DNA from: a candidate division WWE3 bacterium
GTDB taxonomy: Bacteria > Patescibacteriota > WWE3 > UBA101185 > UBA10185
Assembly (NCBI GenBank): GCA_012798115.1
Contig: JAAZNV010000007.1
Location: 25,586-89,585, forward strand
Reading direction: 5' to 3'
DNA length: 64,000 nt
Shown here: one piece after another, positions 49,577 through 59,178 of the stretch
Position numbering within the stretch: the first letter of the stretch is position 1
Layout: each line of letters starts with the position of its first letter
Notes under the pieces: generated by a model
What the model was told of the DNA's origin: nothing
The model's input: only the letters and a program-made list of their open reading frames with translations
The model's database searches: none
Program-made: the position numbers and the translations under genes

Positions 49577-49695
49577 AAGTATATTACTAAATCGGTATCA
49601 ATATAAGTTAATTATTTCTGTAAAAAGCAAAGTGCGTTTGTCAAAGAGATACTCACTATTTGCTAAAATGTATGGATATCTTTTTAGGGTGCAAA

Positions 49696-51882
49696 CTATT
49701 TGATATTGTACCAACCATAAGGAAATCTGCTTAATGAAACAGGTGTACTGTTATCTCCGTCTTTGCAGTGGTTTATTGGTCTTATCATTATATTCTGCCA
49801 GCTTTGGACATTTGCTAGAAACTCATGTCCATCATTTGATGTTTTGGATATCTTCCAAGGATAATTTCCTGTTCCATCATCTATTTTAATATCCACTTTG
49901 TCTGCTTCATATTGTGTCCAAGTTAAATTAATTCCACTTACTCCGTTTTCTATAGCAGAAGTCAAAAGTATCCATGTTGTTTCTGGTGGTTTGATCCAAT
50001 GACATCTTGAGTCTTCGTGAATCTCTTCACTTGAGCTGTCTTGTCCATACACTTGAATTCTGTTGTTAACTGGGTCCATAACATAAAGTCTTCCTTCAGC
50101 ATCCATTGCCATATGATAAGGTCCATGGTTAAATTCTTCATTATCACTACCAAATGTTCCAAAATACCCATCAGTAGGACCTCTTGACCCCATTTCTGCT
50201 AAATAAGTTCCACTGCTACTAAACTTTTGAATTCTAAAATTGTCTCTGTCTGATACGTATATGTACCCGTTGCTATCAGCTATTATCCCTAGAGGATTAT
50301 TTAATTCCCCTGCATCACTTCCACTTGAACCAAAATGAGAAACATACTCTCCTTCTAAGCTGAACTTTTGAACTCTATTGTTTAAACTATCGGTAACAAA
50401 AACGTTTCCGCTTGTATCTACAAAGACATCCATTGGTTTATTTAATTCTCCGTCGTTAGAACCGCTAGTTCCCCAGCTTCTAATAAATGTTCCTTCTTTG
50501 TCAAAAACTTGTACCCTATCATTATTTGTATCTGCTATGTAGATAATGTTATCAAAATCTATATGAATTCCGTTTGGCGTATCAAACTGTTCTTCTTCAG
50601 CACCATAAGTACCCCATTGTTTTATGAAAGTGCCGTTTGAACTAAACTTTTGAATTCTATTGTTTGCTCTATCAACTACATAAACGTTACCATCATTATC
50701 TGTATCAACATCAGCTGGCTCATCAAACTCTCCCTCACCAGATCCATAAGATCCCCATTTAGCTACATAATCACCATTGCTTTCCACTTTTTCAATTCTA
50801 TTATTGTTTGTATCTGCTACGTAGATGTATAAACTTCCATCTTTAGTCACCCCTACACCTGCTGGATAATTGAAACGACCATCTTCATCACTTGCTCCAT
50901 ACCCCTTACTTGCAAATTCATAATTAAATCCATTAAAAGCTTCAAAACGGTTATTTATACTGTCTATAACTATTATGTCTGCTCCACTCCAAGCTAATCC
51001 TCTTGGTTCATTGAAAAGACCATTACCGTCTCCAAAGCTACCAAAGTTATTAACATAATTACCTGTGGAAGATTCAAACTCTACTATCCTATTATTTCCT
51101 AAGTCGGAGACAAATAGTTGTCCCTCATCATTTACCTTTATACTATCTGGATCACTTAACGATCCTACTTCCCCGCCAAGATTACCTTCTCCTATTGTTT
51201 GAAGATGTGTTCCATCACTATCAAACTTTTGAATTCTATTATTACCACTATCAACAATGTAAATATTTCCAGAAGAATCTATATCAATTCCTCGTGGAAG
51301 ATTAAGTTCACTTTCCCCACTTCCTTGTGTTCCAAATTGGTCTTGATAACTACCATCTGAATCAAACTTTAGAACCCTGCTGTTATTTGTATCTACTACC
51401 CAAACGTTATCGTTCTCGTCTATTGCAATTCCTGTAGGGCCATTAAAATTAGTGTTTCCTGATCCAAGAGAACCCCATTTTGTAATAAAAGTTTCTCCAT
51501 TTGAAGAAAACTTTTGAACCCTGTTGTTTCCTGTGTCCGTGACATACACTTCACCTGCACTGTTAATTGCAATGTCTGTTGGGGAATCAAAAGCTCCATC
51601 TCCTGTTCCTAATCCTCCCCATGCTGATTCTACTACCCCGTCAAGTATCATCTGAATGGAGTTATTTCCTGTATCTACTACATAAATATGTCCATCAGAA
51701 CTAACTTCAATGCCTTTTGGTAGATAAAAGTTTTGGAGGATTTCTGGAATAGTGCGTAAAAAAGGCAATGGGTCATTTGCACTTGCAAGGGCTTTGTTTT
51801 GAAGGAAAGGTAAAAACAACAAAGAAACTACCAAGAGCTTAGAAAGATCAGAAACAATGTTTTTTCCTTTTTGGCTAAGCAT
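49696..51882 (-). CDS. secreted NHL-repeat (beta-propeller) protein with C-terminal FN3-like domain
   Basis: signal peptide; >10 repeats of D..GN.YV.D..NNRIQKF; C-terminal INLTWTQ block. Confidence 0.7.
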   Translation of the reverse strand: MLSQKGKNIVSDLSKLLVVSLLFLPFLQNKALASANDPLPFLRTIPEILQNFYLPKGIEVSSDGHIYVVDTGNNSIQMILDGVVESAWGGLGTGDGAFDSPTDIAINSAGEVYVTDTGNNRVQKFSSNGETFITKWGSLGSGNTNFNGPTGIAIDENDNVWVVDTNNSRVLKFDSDGSYQDQFGTQGSGESELNLPRGIDIDSSGNIYIVDSGNNRIQKFDSDGTHLQTIGEGNLGGEVGSLSDPDSIKVNDEGQLFVSDLGNNRIVEFESSTGNYVNNFGSFGDGNGLFNEPRGLAWSGADIIVIDSINNRFEAFNGFNYEFASKGYGASDEDGRFNYPAGVGVTKDGSLYIYVADTNNNRIEKVESNGDYVAKWGSYGSGEGEFDEPADVDTDNDGNVYVVDRANNRIQKFSSNGTFIKQWGTYGAEEEQFDTPNGIHIDFDNIIYIADTNNDRVQVFDKEGTFIRSWGTSGSNDGELNKPMDVFVDTSGNVFVTDSLNNRVQKFSLEGEYVSHFGSSGSDAGELNNPLGIIADSNGYIYVSDRDNFRIQKFSSSGTYLAEMGSRGPTDGYFGTFGSDNEEFNHGPYHMAMDAEGRLYVMDPVNNRIQVYGQDSSSEEIHEDSRCHWIKPPETTWILLTSAIENGVSGINLTWTQYEADKVDIKIDDGTGNYPWKISKTSNDGHEFLANVQSWQNIMIRPINHCKDGDNSTPVSLSRFPYGWYNIK

Positions 51883-52159
51883 TTGTAAACTAATTAACTA
51901 GCATATTAATGATATTCCAGCTTTAAGAAGTATGTCAATGTCCTGGGTTTTTAACAGTGAAAAGATATGATGGAGCACTCCAGTTATGAAGTACTCTATT
52001 CTCTAAGACATTGCTACAGTACAAAAGTAGTAATCCCTGCAGTTCGATGTTCATTTACTTCTTGAATGTTTGTTGTTTTCTTGGTGGCTTGAGATTTAAT
52101 AATCCTTGTTGTATTATTCGGGTATTCTAATACGGATCAACGTATAAAAAGGAGAGAAA

Positions 52160-52753
52160 ATGAAAAGGAAGGCAATAATGGGTTTGTCACTGCTGGTAGC
52201 TTTTATAATGTCGTGTACAACGCCCAAATCTGTTGTGGAGCTGGCTGTTCCAACGCCAATTCCGACACCACCTGTAGATCTTCCTATATGGCAGGAAGGT
52301 GTGTACATAAAGGATGATAGCGAAGTTGCACAAACTGATGCATTTGAGATTCATTTGATAACTATTTATGAAGATTTACCATTTTACGATGGTACTGTTC
52401 CTTTTGAGTTTGAAGCTTGGGAATTACCTTTGAATCCACCCTATAACCCGCTAAAGATGTTGTACATATTTGATAACTTTATAACATTCTTTTCCTACGA
52501 TGATCCAACTTCTGGTATCGCAAGTAGAGCTAGGACTTATGATAAAGCGAACGGGTTGTTGGCCGAGGCACAGCTTGAAGAAATCTTAGGAGACGGAACA
52601 GTTGTAATTTTGGAAGTGCACTACAACAAGGATGGTGAGATAATTTTTTGGTGTAGGAGCAGGATAGCCCCCATTTTAGGGTTTAAAGAGGAAGAGTTTG
52701 ATTCTCACGGTGTGAAAGAACAGGATTACTATTTTGTTTGGCCAGCTTACTAA
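52160..52753 (+). CDS. lipoprotein, hypothetical
   Basis: LLVAFIMSC lipobox. Confidence 0.5.
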   Translation: MKRKAIMGLSLLVAFIMSCTTPKSVVELAVPTPIPTPPVDLPIWQEGVYIKDDSEVAQTDAFEIHLITIYEDLPFYDGTVPFEFEAWELPLNPPYNPLKMLYIFDNFITFFSYDDPTSGIASRARTYDKANGLLAEAQLEEILGDGTVVILEVHYNKDGEIIFWCRSRIAPILGFKEEEFDSHGVKEQDYYFVWPAY

Positions 52754-52838
52754 AAGAGATAAACGCAAAAGGCTTAAGGGCATCCAACTACTAATGTTGT
52801 ATGCCCTTTAATTTAGTCCGTCTAAATGATTTCCTATC

Positions 52839-53306
52839 TTAGGTAGAAGGATGCTGATCTTCTGAACGGAAATCAATTATGGTCTTGGCAAACTCAACAA
52901 TGTCATCTATTACGACGTTTACTTTACCTGCTACGACTTGCCACCTTTTGTTACGAAAAACCCAGAACTTACTTACCTTCAAGTCATCGGCAAGAAGTGC
53001 TTCTCGTTCTTCTTGTACTGCTTCTTCAAAAGGTTTTTCGTTTTGAAGGATAAACCCCGCCATTTGAATGGCTATCCTTCTAGTGCATGTAATGTTTTCC
53101 CTACCACTGCGTAATTTACACTGATTGACGTTTGGACAGATAACCCTAGGTCTTGATAGAAAGTCTTCGGGGGTTTGCATTGTTTTATCGGTAAAGTCAA
53201 TATCGCAGGGACTCCCTTCATTAATCAATCTTATTGCTCTCATGCTACTCTCCTTATCTTTAGATATGTGTGAATTTTGCACTATTGTATCATAATCTAC
53301 AAACAC
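52839..53306 (-). CDS. hypothetical protein
   Basis: 155 aa ORF in GC-richer segment; no family recognised. Confidence 0.35.
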   Translation of the reverse strand: MFVDYDTIVQNSHISKDKESSMRAIRLINEGSPCDIDFTDKTMQTPEDFLSRPRVICPNVNQCKLRSGRENITCTRRIAIQMAGFILQNEKPFEEAVQEEREALLADDLKVSKFWVFRNKRWQVVAGKVNVVIDDIVEFAKTIIDFRSEDQHPST

Positions 53307-53559
53307 ACTTGTTTTAGTGGTAGGCCTTTTGCTGCTGTTTGGGTGCAGTGTTTGTCAATGATAAAAGTTGCTATGTGGCTGTTTTCTCTAGGATACGTAT
53401 GGTGGAGCACTCTGGTCGTTAAGTATTCTACTCTTTAGGGTAGAAATGAGACAAATGAGACAGTATGGCTCTGAACTGTCGATGTTAGAATAATAATAGT
53501 GCAGGTTGACGTTGGGTGGTATACTCCATTCAAAATAAATCGTGTGAAAGGAGTAGATC

Positions 53560-54198
53560 ATGTATATTGTTTTTGAGGGTATCATTGGTGCAGGTAAAAC
53601 CACTCAGTGTTTTAGATTGTCTCATTGGTTAGAGGATAAATTCCCAAAACTCCATGTGTTATGTACCCGCGAACCGGGTGGGGATGAGATAGCGGAGTCA
53701 ATCAGAGGGACTGTCCAAGGAACTCCATTTAAAGAACAGATGGATGCAACGTGTGAAGCTTATCTATATGCTGCTGCCAGGGCACAGAGTCTAAGGACGG
53801 TTGTTAAACCTCGTTTGGATTCCGGTTGGATTATCATTGCGGATAGAAGTTTTATTACTTCCCTGGTTTACCAGGGATATAATCGGGGAGTTGGAATTGA
53901 CACGATTCTAGACATAAACAAAGTTGCGGTTAGTGGTATACTTCCGGATCTGGTTTTGTTCCTTGACGCCAATGTACCAACTGCCTTGGGTCGTGCTCAC
54001 GACAAAGCGGGAGACAAATGGGAGAATCTTGGTGAGGATTTCTTTGTGAAGGCCAGAGAAGGATATATAAAAGTTTCTCATCTTTCCAACCTTTTTGGTA
54101 AGTGGGTAGGAATAGATGGAAATGGCACTGAGGATGAGGTATTCCAAAGAATCTTACAGGAAGTTACGCCTTTCATACATTCCAACGAGGGTGAGTAG
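53560..54198 (+). CDS. tmk: thymidylate kinase
   Basis: P-loop FEGIIGAGKTT, DRS/LID region; RBS AAAGGAG. Confidence 0.85.
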   Translation: MYIVFEGIIGAGKTTQCFRLSHWLEDKFPKLHVLCTREPGGDEIAESIRGTVQGTPFKEQMDATCEAYLYAAARAQSLRTVVKPRLDSGWIIIADRSFITSLVYQGYNRGVGIDTILDINKVAVSGILPDLVLFLDANVPTALGRAHDKAGDKWENLGEDFFVKAREGYIKVSHLSNLFGKWVGIDGNGTEDEVFQRILQEVTPFIHSNEGE

Positions 54199-54218
54199 TA
54201 TAAGTAAAACATTTGAAA

Positions 54219-54258
54219 ACCCCGAACTTTTCTATAGAGGAGTCTCGGGGTATTTTGT
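54219..54258 (+). terminator. putative Rho-independent terminator after tmk
   Basis: stem ACCCCGA/TCGGGGT followed by ATTTTGTT. Confidence 0.4.
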
Positions 54259-54291
54259 TCCTCATAACCATAAGTTTACGAGGTGAAATCT

Positions 54292-55002
54292 ATGTTAGTT
54301 TTCGATCCTAATGTAAGATGTAGTTCACTAATTAAAACAGGTGACTACATAGAGTCCTATCTTAAAGATACGGTTAATGTAAAGAGGTATATGGATTCAA
54401 GATACCCTGAAGGTATGGTTAGTGATAGGTTGTGTGATCATATTGTGAGATTAAGATTAATGGCTTTACATCTTCCCATGCCTTCTGAAGATAGAAAGCA
54501 AATCGATCGCATGATTATTGTGCATGATTTGCCGGAAATTGTTGTTGGTGATGTAACAGCAATAATAAAAAAAGAAAGGAGTTTAAGTACAGATGATGAA
54601 GTAGCTGTTGCAGAAAAAATGCTAAACGAGAGGGACTTTGCGTTATATAGCCAGTTTTCTCAAGCTGAAGACTATCTACTGGGCAACTCATTAGTAGCCT
54701 CGTGCGATAATGCTATTATTGCCAAAGTGTTAGATTCTCTTGAGGGTAGTATGTATTTTCACTACGCAATATCCAAATGGGCTAAAGCAGGTCAAATGCA
54801 ACTCCCACCAGGTTGCTCTATGGAATACTTCTTTGGAGTTGTCTTGGATGGATTTAAATGCAAGACGACAATCAAGCAAGAAACTGGAAACTTAGTTAAT
54901 GAACTGCTACTTTCTGCCTATAAGTACATTGAAAATCTGTGGGTTGGTTACGAACAAATAACCCCCGATGTGATTAAGAAAAGATTAAGTATGTATAAAT
55001 AA
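54292..55002 (+). CDS. HD-domain phosphohydrolase (YfbR-like 5'-deoxynucleotidase family)
   Basis: H...HDLPEIVVGDV HD motif; start at ATG 54292 after GAGGTGA RBS. Confidence 0.55.
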   Translation: MLVFDPNVRCSSLIKTGDYIESYLKDTVNVKRYMDSRYPEGMVSDRLCDHIVRLRLMALHLPMPSEDRKQIDRMIIVHDLPEIVVGDVTAIIKKERSLSTDDEVAVAEKMLNERDFALYSQFSQAEDYLLGNSLVASCDNAIIAKVLDSLEGSMYFHYAISKWAKAGQMQLPPGCSMEYFFGVVLDGFKCKTTIKQETGNLVNELLLSAYKYIENLWVGYEQITPDVIKKRLSMYK

Positions 55003-55016
55003 GGAGAGTGAACGAA

Positions 55017-55802
55017 ATGAAAATAATTCAACCTAAGGTATTTTTGATCGCCGAGCCGCATATTATGCGAGGTGAACTAGGCGAGTTTTTGAAACTTGTA
55101 GGTGCTCCGGAATGGCATACAGATGCTTCCTCAGACGCTGAGGAACTTTCGGAACTAATGGGTCGTGTGTGTTACCGAAGCTTTGCTCCCGGATTGAACC
55201 CGAATGTTACAAAAATTCGTGAGGGTAATGCACCTTATCTTGCAAACATAATTGAGCAGGAACACGGTTCAATTTTTGAACACTCACAACTTAGTTTCGT
55301 CTTTGCAAATATTTCAAGAGTGTTTACACACGAACTTGTTCGGCACCGTGTAGGTGTTGGAATCTCACAGGAAAGCCTGCGATATGTTCGTCTTGATAGT
55401 CTATCAGCGAGTATTCCAACGATAATCCAGGAAACTCCGGAAGCAATGACGATCTTCACAAGGACTTTTGAGTATCTTGAAAAACAACAGCGTGAACTTT
55501 CACAGGTCTTTAAGCTGGATAACCCGGAAACATCTTTTCACCAAAAGAAAAGAGCCACTTCGGCTATGCGAAGAATTGCGCCCATTGGTCTTGCTACATG
55601 CATTGGTTGGAGCGCCAACTTTCGAACTCTGCGTTGGGTATTGGAAAACAGAACACAACCAGCAGCCGAAGAAGAAATGCGCATAGTGTTTGGACAAGTT
55701 GGGGAGATTGTCACCAAGAGATACCCTAGCATCTTCTCTGATTTTACAGTTGAAAAAGTTGAAGGATTTGATTGGTATAAACCAGCTCACAGAAAAATTT
55801 AG
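55017..55802 (+). CDS. thyX: flavin-dependent thymidylate synthase ThyX
   Basis: ThyX motif RHRVGVGISQESLRY (RHRxxSxxxxSxRY); start at ATG 55017 after AAGGAGAG. Confidence 0.85.
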   Translation: MKIIQPKVFLIAEPHIMRGELGEFLKLVGAPEWHTDASSDAEELSELMGRVCYRSFAPGLNPNVTKIREGNAPYLANIIEQEHGSIFEHSQLSFVFANISRVFTHELVRHRVGVGISQESLRYVRLDSLSASIPTIIQETPEAMTIFTRTFEYLEKQQRELSQVFKLDNPETSFHQKKRATSAMRRIAPIGLATCIGWSANFRTLRWVLENRTQPAAEEEMRIVFGQVGEIVTKRYPSIFSDFTVEKVEGFDWYKPAHRKI

Positions 55803-55807
55803 TTATA

Positions 55808-55846
55808 ATGCCCGGATATTAAATAAAATCCGGGCATTTCTTTTTG
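55808..55846 (+). terminator. Rho-independent terminator after thyX
   Basis: 10-bp stem ATGCCCGGAT/ATCCGGGCAT followed by TTTCTTTTT. Confidence 0.7.
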
Positions 55847-55970
55847 ATAATTATCTAGCACAAACTTTATGGAGACGTTATTGGTACGATTAACAACCTC
55901 TATACTTACCTACTCTACAAGTTACTGGGTTGCGCAGTTGGGGTTAAGTTGGAACTGTTATAAACTCTAG

Positions 55971-56516
55971 CTATACCAGCAAATAATTCCACCCAGGTTT
56001 CCATGACTTTGTTTTTCTCCAATCTTGATTGAATGCTTCCTCCCAAGTTTTTCCTTTAAGAATAACCTCGAGTGCTAATTGAGGTGCCCTGTGTGCTACT
56101 ATTGCCACATTTTTTCCATCGTACTTTTTCTCTAACTCATTAAGGAATATCTCCATCCTCAATTTAACATCCTCGTAGCTTTCACCATTGGGAAATCTTT
56201 CTGTAATACATTTTTCCTGAATAGGTTCTACAATTCTGGAGGGCATTCCGTTGTAATCTCCGTAATTACATTCTCTCAACAACCACTCTTTAATAATTGG
56301 TACTCGATCTTTAAATGTTATTTCCGCTGATTTTACTGCTCTTTTGAGGTCAGAACAAAAGACTACATCAAACTTCTTGTCTTTTATTTGCTTCCTCAAA
56401 TCTATCGATTGTCTTACCCCTTTTTGTGATAACTCCGCATCCGACCACCCAGAGGAAACGTCATTTAGATTATCATTAGTAGTTCCATGTACAAAATATG
56501 TAATGTTTACTGACAT
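55971..56516 (-). CDS. histidine phosphatase (phosphoglycerate mutase-like) family protein, atypical VHG in place of RHG
   Basis: YFVHGTTNDN N-terminal motif and C-terminal VAHRAP; catalytic His present, conserved Arg replaced by Val. Confidence 0.55.
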   Translation of the reverse strand: MSVNITYFVHGTTNDNLNDVSSGWSDAELSQKGVRQSIDLRKQIKDKKFDVVFCSDLKRAVKSAEITFKDRVPIIKEWLLRECNYGDYNGMPSRIVEPIQEKCITERFPNGESYEDVKLRMEIFLNELEKKYDGKNVAIVAHRAPQLALEVILKGKTWEEAFNQDWRKTKSWKPGWNYLLV

Positions 56517-56606
56517 AGAGTAATTATACCTTGGTTCTAGATTGGTTGAAAAAGTACACAGGTTGAGAACTATTTTACACTCTAAGTTATTTAGAGAAAA
56601 TCCAAC

Positions 56607-57107
56607 TCACTTCCAAAGTGACTTAGAGCCTCTTTTAGGTGAATTTAGCCACTCTGCGTACATTATATCGTAGAACCAGTCATCAACGAATTTAACCTCT
56701 TCTTCTGCTAATGCTTTCCAATCTTGTTCTGGGTTCTTTTTCTCAGCCGTGTATACTGCAAGCTCCTTGAGTTTTTGCAACCTTTCCCCTTCCTGAAGGT
56801 TATATTTAATTGACGCCGTTACCCTGCCTATATTTTTTAGCTCCATCCATCTGTGCTGGTATGCTAGCTTAAGGGCATGCGCCTTCCCACCGGCAAAGGC
56901 TTTTTCTAAATTATCTCTTGTAATAAGTCCTGCAGCATAATCTAGAGTCATTTGTGATTTTCCAAGCTCCTCTAAAGACAGACATGCTAGAAAAAAAGCT
57001 CTCGCGAATCGTTCGTTTTCAGCTAATAATTTAGCCTCTAAAAGCAGATCTAGGGCGTTATTACGTGCCCTATTTGCTATACTCTCATAGTTTAGTTTAG
57101 TGCTCAT
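56607..57107 (-). CDS. AbiV-like abortive-infection family protein (HEPN-like)
   Basis: ARAFFLACLSLEELGKSQ resembles AbiV family core (FLA..A.EE.GK); start moved to internal Met after implausible hydrophobic leader. Confidence 0.4.
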   Translation of the reverse strand: MSTKLNYESIANRARNNALDLLLEAKLLAENERFARAFFLACLSLEELGKSQMTLDYAAGLITRDNLEKAFAGGKAHALKLAYQHRWMELKNIGRVTASIKYNLQEGERLQKLKELAVYTAEKKNPEQDWKALAEEEVKFVDDWFYDIMYAEWLNSPKRGSKSLWK

Positions 57108-57538
57108 GTAGTCATTATAATCTCTAAGATATAAAATGAGATAAACAAGACAGTAAAAGATTAAAATTAATGTAGTCACGGTGGTTAAATTTATTTTTGC
57201 AAATTAATAATAGTGGTAATATTTGCCTATGGAATCCACCGCTAGTACTATGCTTACGGATGCTATAATATCTGGAGCTATTCAAGCGGTTTACTTTGTA
57301 GCAACAAAACTTTGGTATCTATGGGTATCTGCTATCATTATTATATTCTTCGATATTAAATACTCAACTCAGCCGCGTAAACGTAAAATTGTACGATTAA
57401 TAGTATTGGCCCTTCTGTTCGTTTATTGCTTTATCATTATCTATGTTCCATATATCCAGCGCCACTATTTTGTTAAATGAAGTTTCATCAAGCTGTCAAA
57501 GGATATTTGAGGCACAGAGGTCACTTAGGTGCCCTGTA

Positions 57539-57621
57539 TGGTGGGCGAGAGAGGACTCGAACCTCCACCCTTTCGGATACGGTCCTAAGCCGTACGCGTA
57601 TGCCAATTCCGCCACTCGCCC
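57539..57621 (-). tRNA. tRNA-Leu (anticodon TAG), class II with long variable arm
   Basis: acceptor GGGCGAG/CTCGCCC, anticodon loop CTTAGGA, T-loop GGTTCGAGTCC, encoded CCA. Confidence 0.85.
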
Positions 57622-57672
57622 TAGGTTATTTGATTATATTAAAAAGAGGCTCATATTACGAGCCTCTTCTTG

Positions 57673-58239
57673 TTAACTAGCAAATTGAACTTCAGATCCT
57701 GCTTGCCTGAAGCTATCAATCTTATTAATAAAGAAAGTAACTCCATTTCTCCAGTTAATATAGTTTGGAGGTGTATAAATAGGAGCTATCTTCTCAGGAG
57801 TATCAAGTCCTTTCTCAAGGTAGTTTTCTTTTATACCTTTTGCTACTGTCTCAATAGCTTCATCATAAGATTTAAAGTAAATTGCATTATTTCCATATAT
57901 ACCCCATCCAAATGGATTATATGAACCTTCAATTAATTTCTTTCCGCAAGAAGACTCCATACAAGAAATAGCAGGTAATAGTTTATAATCAAGGCTATAC
58001 TTATCTGCTACGTCAACAAATGTTTCAGCATTGGCTTTTAATGGAGATTTAAATTCATCAAAAAACTTCTCCAAAGCTTCTATTCTATCTTTTCTACTTC
58101 TTTCTATTTGTCTATCTAGAACTTCTATAGAAACCTCATTTTGCTTGCTTTTAGCAGCAACATTGGATGTTGCAGTTGCAAGATAAACAAGGATAAATGG
58201 TAGTATATTAACTTGTAGTATTAGACCTTTCTTAGTCAT
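57673..58239 (-). CDS. secreted GH73-like (FlgJ/AcmA-type N-acetylglucosaminidase) peptidoglycan hydrolase
   Basis: signal/anchor; AISCMESSCGKK (cf. GH73 AxAALESGWGKS), YNPFGWGIYG (cf. NNLFGIK), FKSYDEAIETV, YTPPNY (cf. YATDPNY). Confidence 0.5.
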   Translation of the reverse strand: MTKKGLILQVNILPFILVYLATATSNVAAKSKQNEVSIEVLDRQIERSRKDRIEALEKFFDEFKSPLKANAETFVDVADKYSLDYKLLPAISCMESSCGKKLIEGSYNPFGWGIYGNNAIYFKSYDEAIETVAKGIKENYLEKGLDTPEKIAPIYTPPNYINWRNGVTFFINKIDSFRQAGSEVQFAS

Positions 58240-58310
58240 ACAAGGGTAAATACTAACATAAAATTAATGTTTTATCAACTGCTATAGGATGAGAGAAGAA
58301 TGAGGTTTGA

Positions 58311-59171
58311 TTAAATTACAGTAAGGTAAACACCTGCAATTATCAAAATTGAAGCAACAATCTTTTTTAAAGGATCTTTCTTTTCATTCATAAAAATATA
58401 GGAAAGCAGTACATTTAGAAATATTCCTACTGCTTGAAGAGGTACTATGGTGGTAATTTTACCTAATTGAAAAGATCTTAAAGAAAAAATAATTAAAAGT
58501 CCCCAACTTAAGCTCATTAACCAACAGTATTTTTTGTTGCTAAGTTTATACTCAGTCAAAAGTTCTGAGGGTTTAATTCTTTCAGCAGCTAGAATAAACA
58601 TTGAAGGAACTATTAAAGTAATAGCTATATAGATAGGAAGGTTAAACTGAGGTGATATTCCAATATCTATAGATACTGCAATTGCATAGGCTATAGTTGA
58701 TAGTATTCCCATTACAATATACTTGTTTATTTCAAATTTATTTCCTTTGTACAAGACAATGAAGTTACTAAGAAGTATTAAAACTCCTCCAACCATTTTT
58801 AATGGTGAAATAGACTCATGAAAAACAAGAAGCCCTATTATTATTAGAAAGACGCTTGAAAGTTCCCCAATTATAGATATCAACGATACTTCAATATGTT
58901 TTCTTGAGGTGGTTTGAAGTCTATCGTTTATTGCATAGAAAATGCAAGACACCAAGAGTAGTATTACCGTTCTTAGACTAATTGAAAAATTGTATTTAAA
59001 CAAAGGAGATATAAGTAACAATATAAGCCCAGCCATCATCTGTAGCATTGCCGTAACAGCCCCATCATTTTTTGCATTCCTTACAGCTAGTTTATAAAAA
59101 GGAGCAAATATAACTACACATAGCAAATAAGCAACTACATTAAATTGCCAAGTGTTTACCAGATTAAACAT
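58311..59171 (-). CDS. EamA/DMT-family transporter
   Basis: 286 aa, 10 TM helices in 5+5 arrangement. Confidence 0.55.
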   Translation of the reverse strand: MFNLVNTWQFNVVAYLLCVVIFAPFYKLAVRNAKNDGAVTAMLQMMAGLILLLISPLFKYNFSISLRTVILLLVSCIFYAINDRLQTTSRKHIEVSLISIIGELSSVFLIIIGLLVFHESISPLKMVGGVLILLSNFIVLYKGNKFEINKYIVMGILSTIAYAIAVSIDIGISPQFNLPIYIAITLIVPSMFILAAERIKPSELLTEYKLSNKKYCWLMSLSWGLLIIFSLRSFQLGKITTIVPLQAVGIFLNVLLSYIFMNEKKDPLKKIVASILIIAGVYLTVI

Positions 59172-59178
59172 AGTTTAT

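Noticed and set aside
53500-53560. Possible promoter TTGACG...TGgTATACT upstream of tmk
   Set aside because: Spacer between -35-like and -10-like hexamers is only 8 nt
53388-53603. 71-aa minus-strand ORF upstream of tmk
   Set aside because: Overlaps the tmk start and RBS region, no motif support
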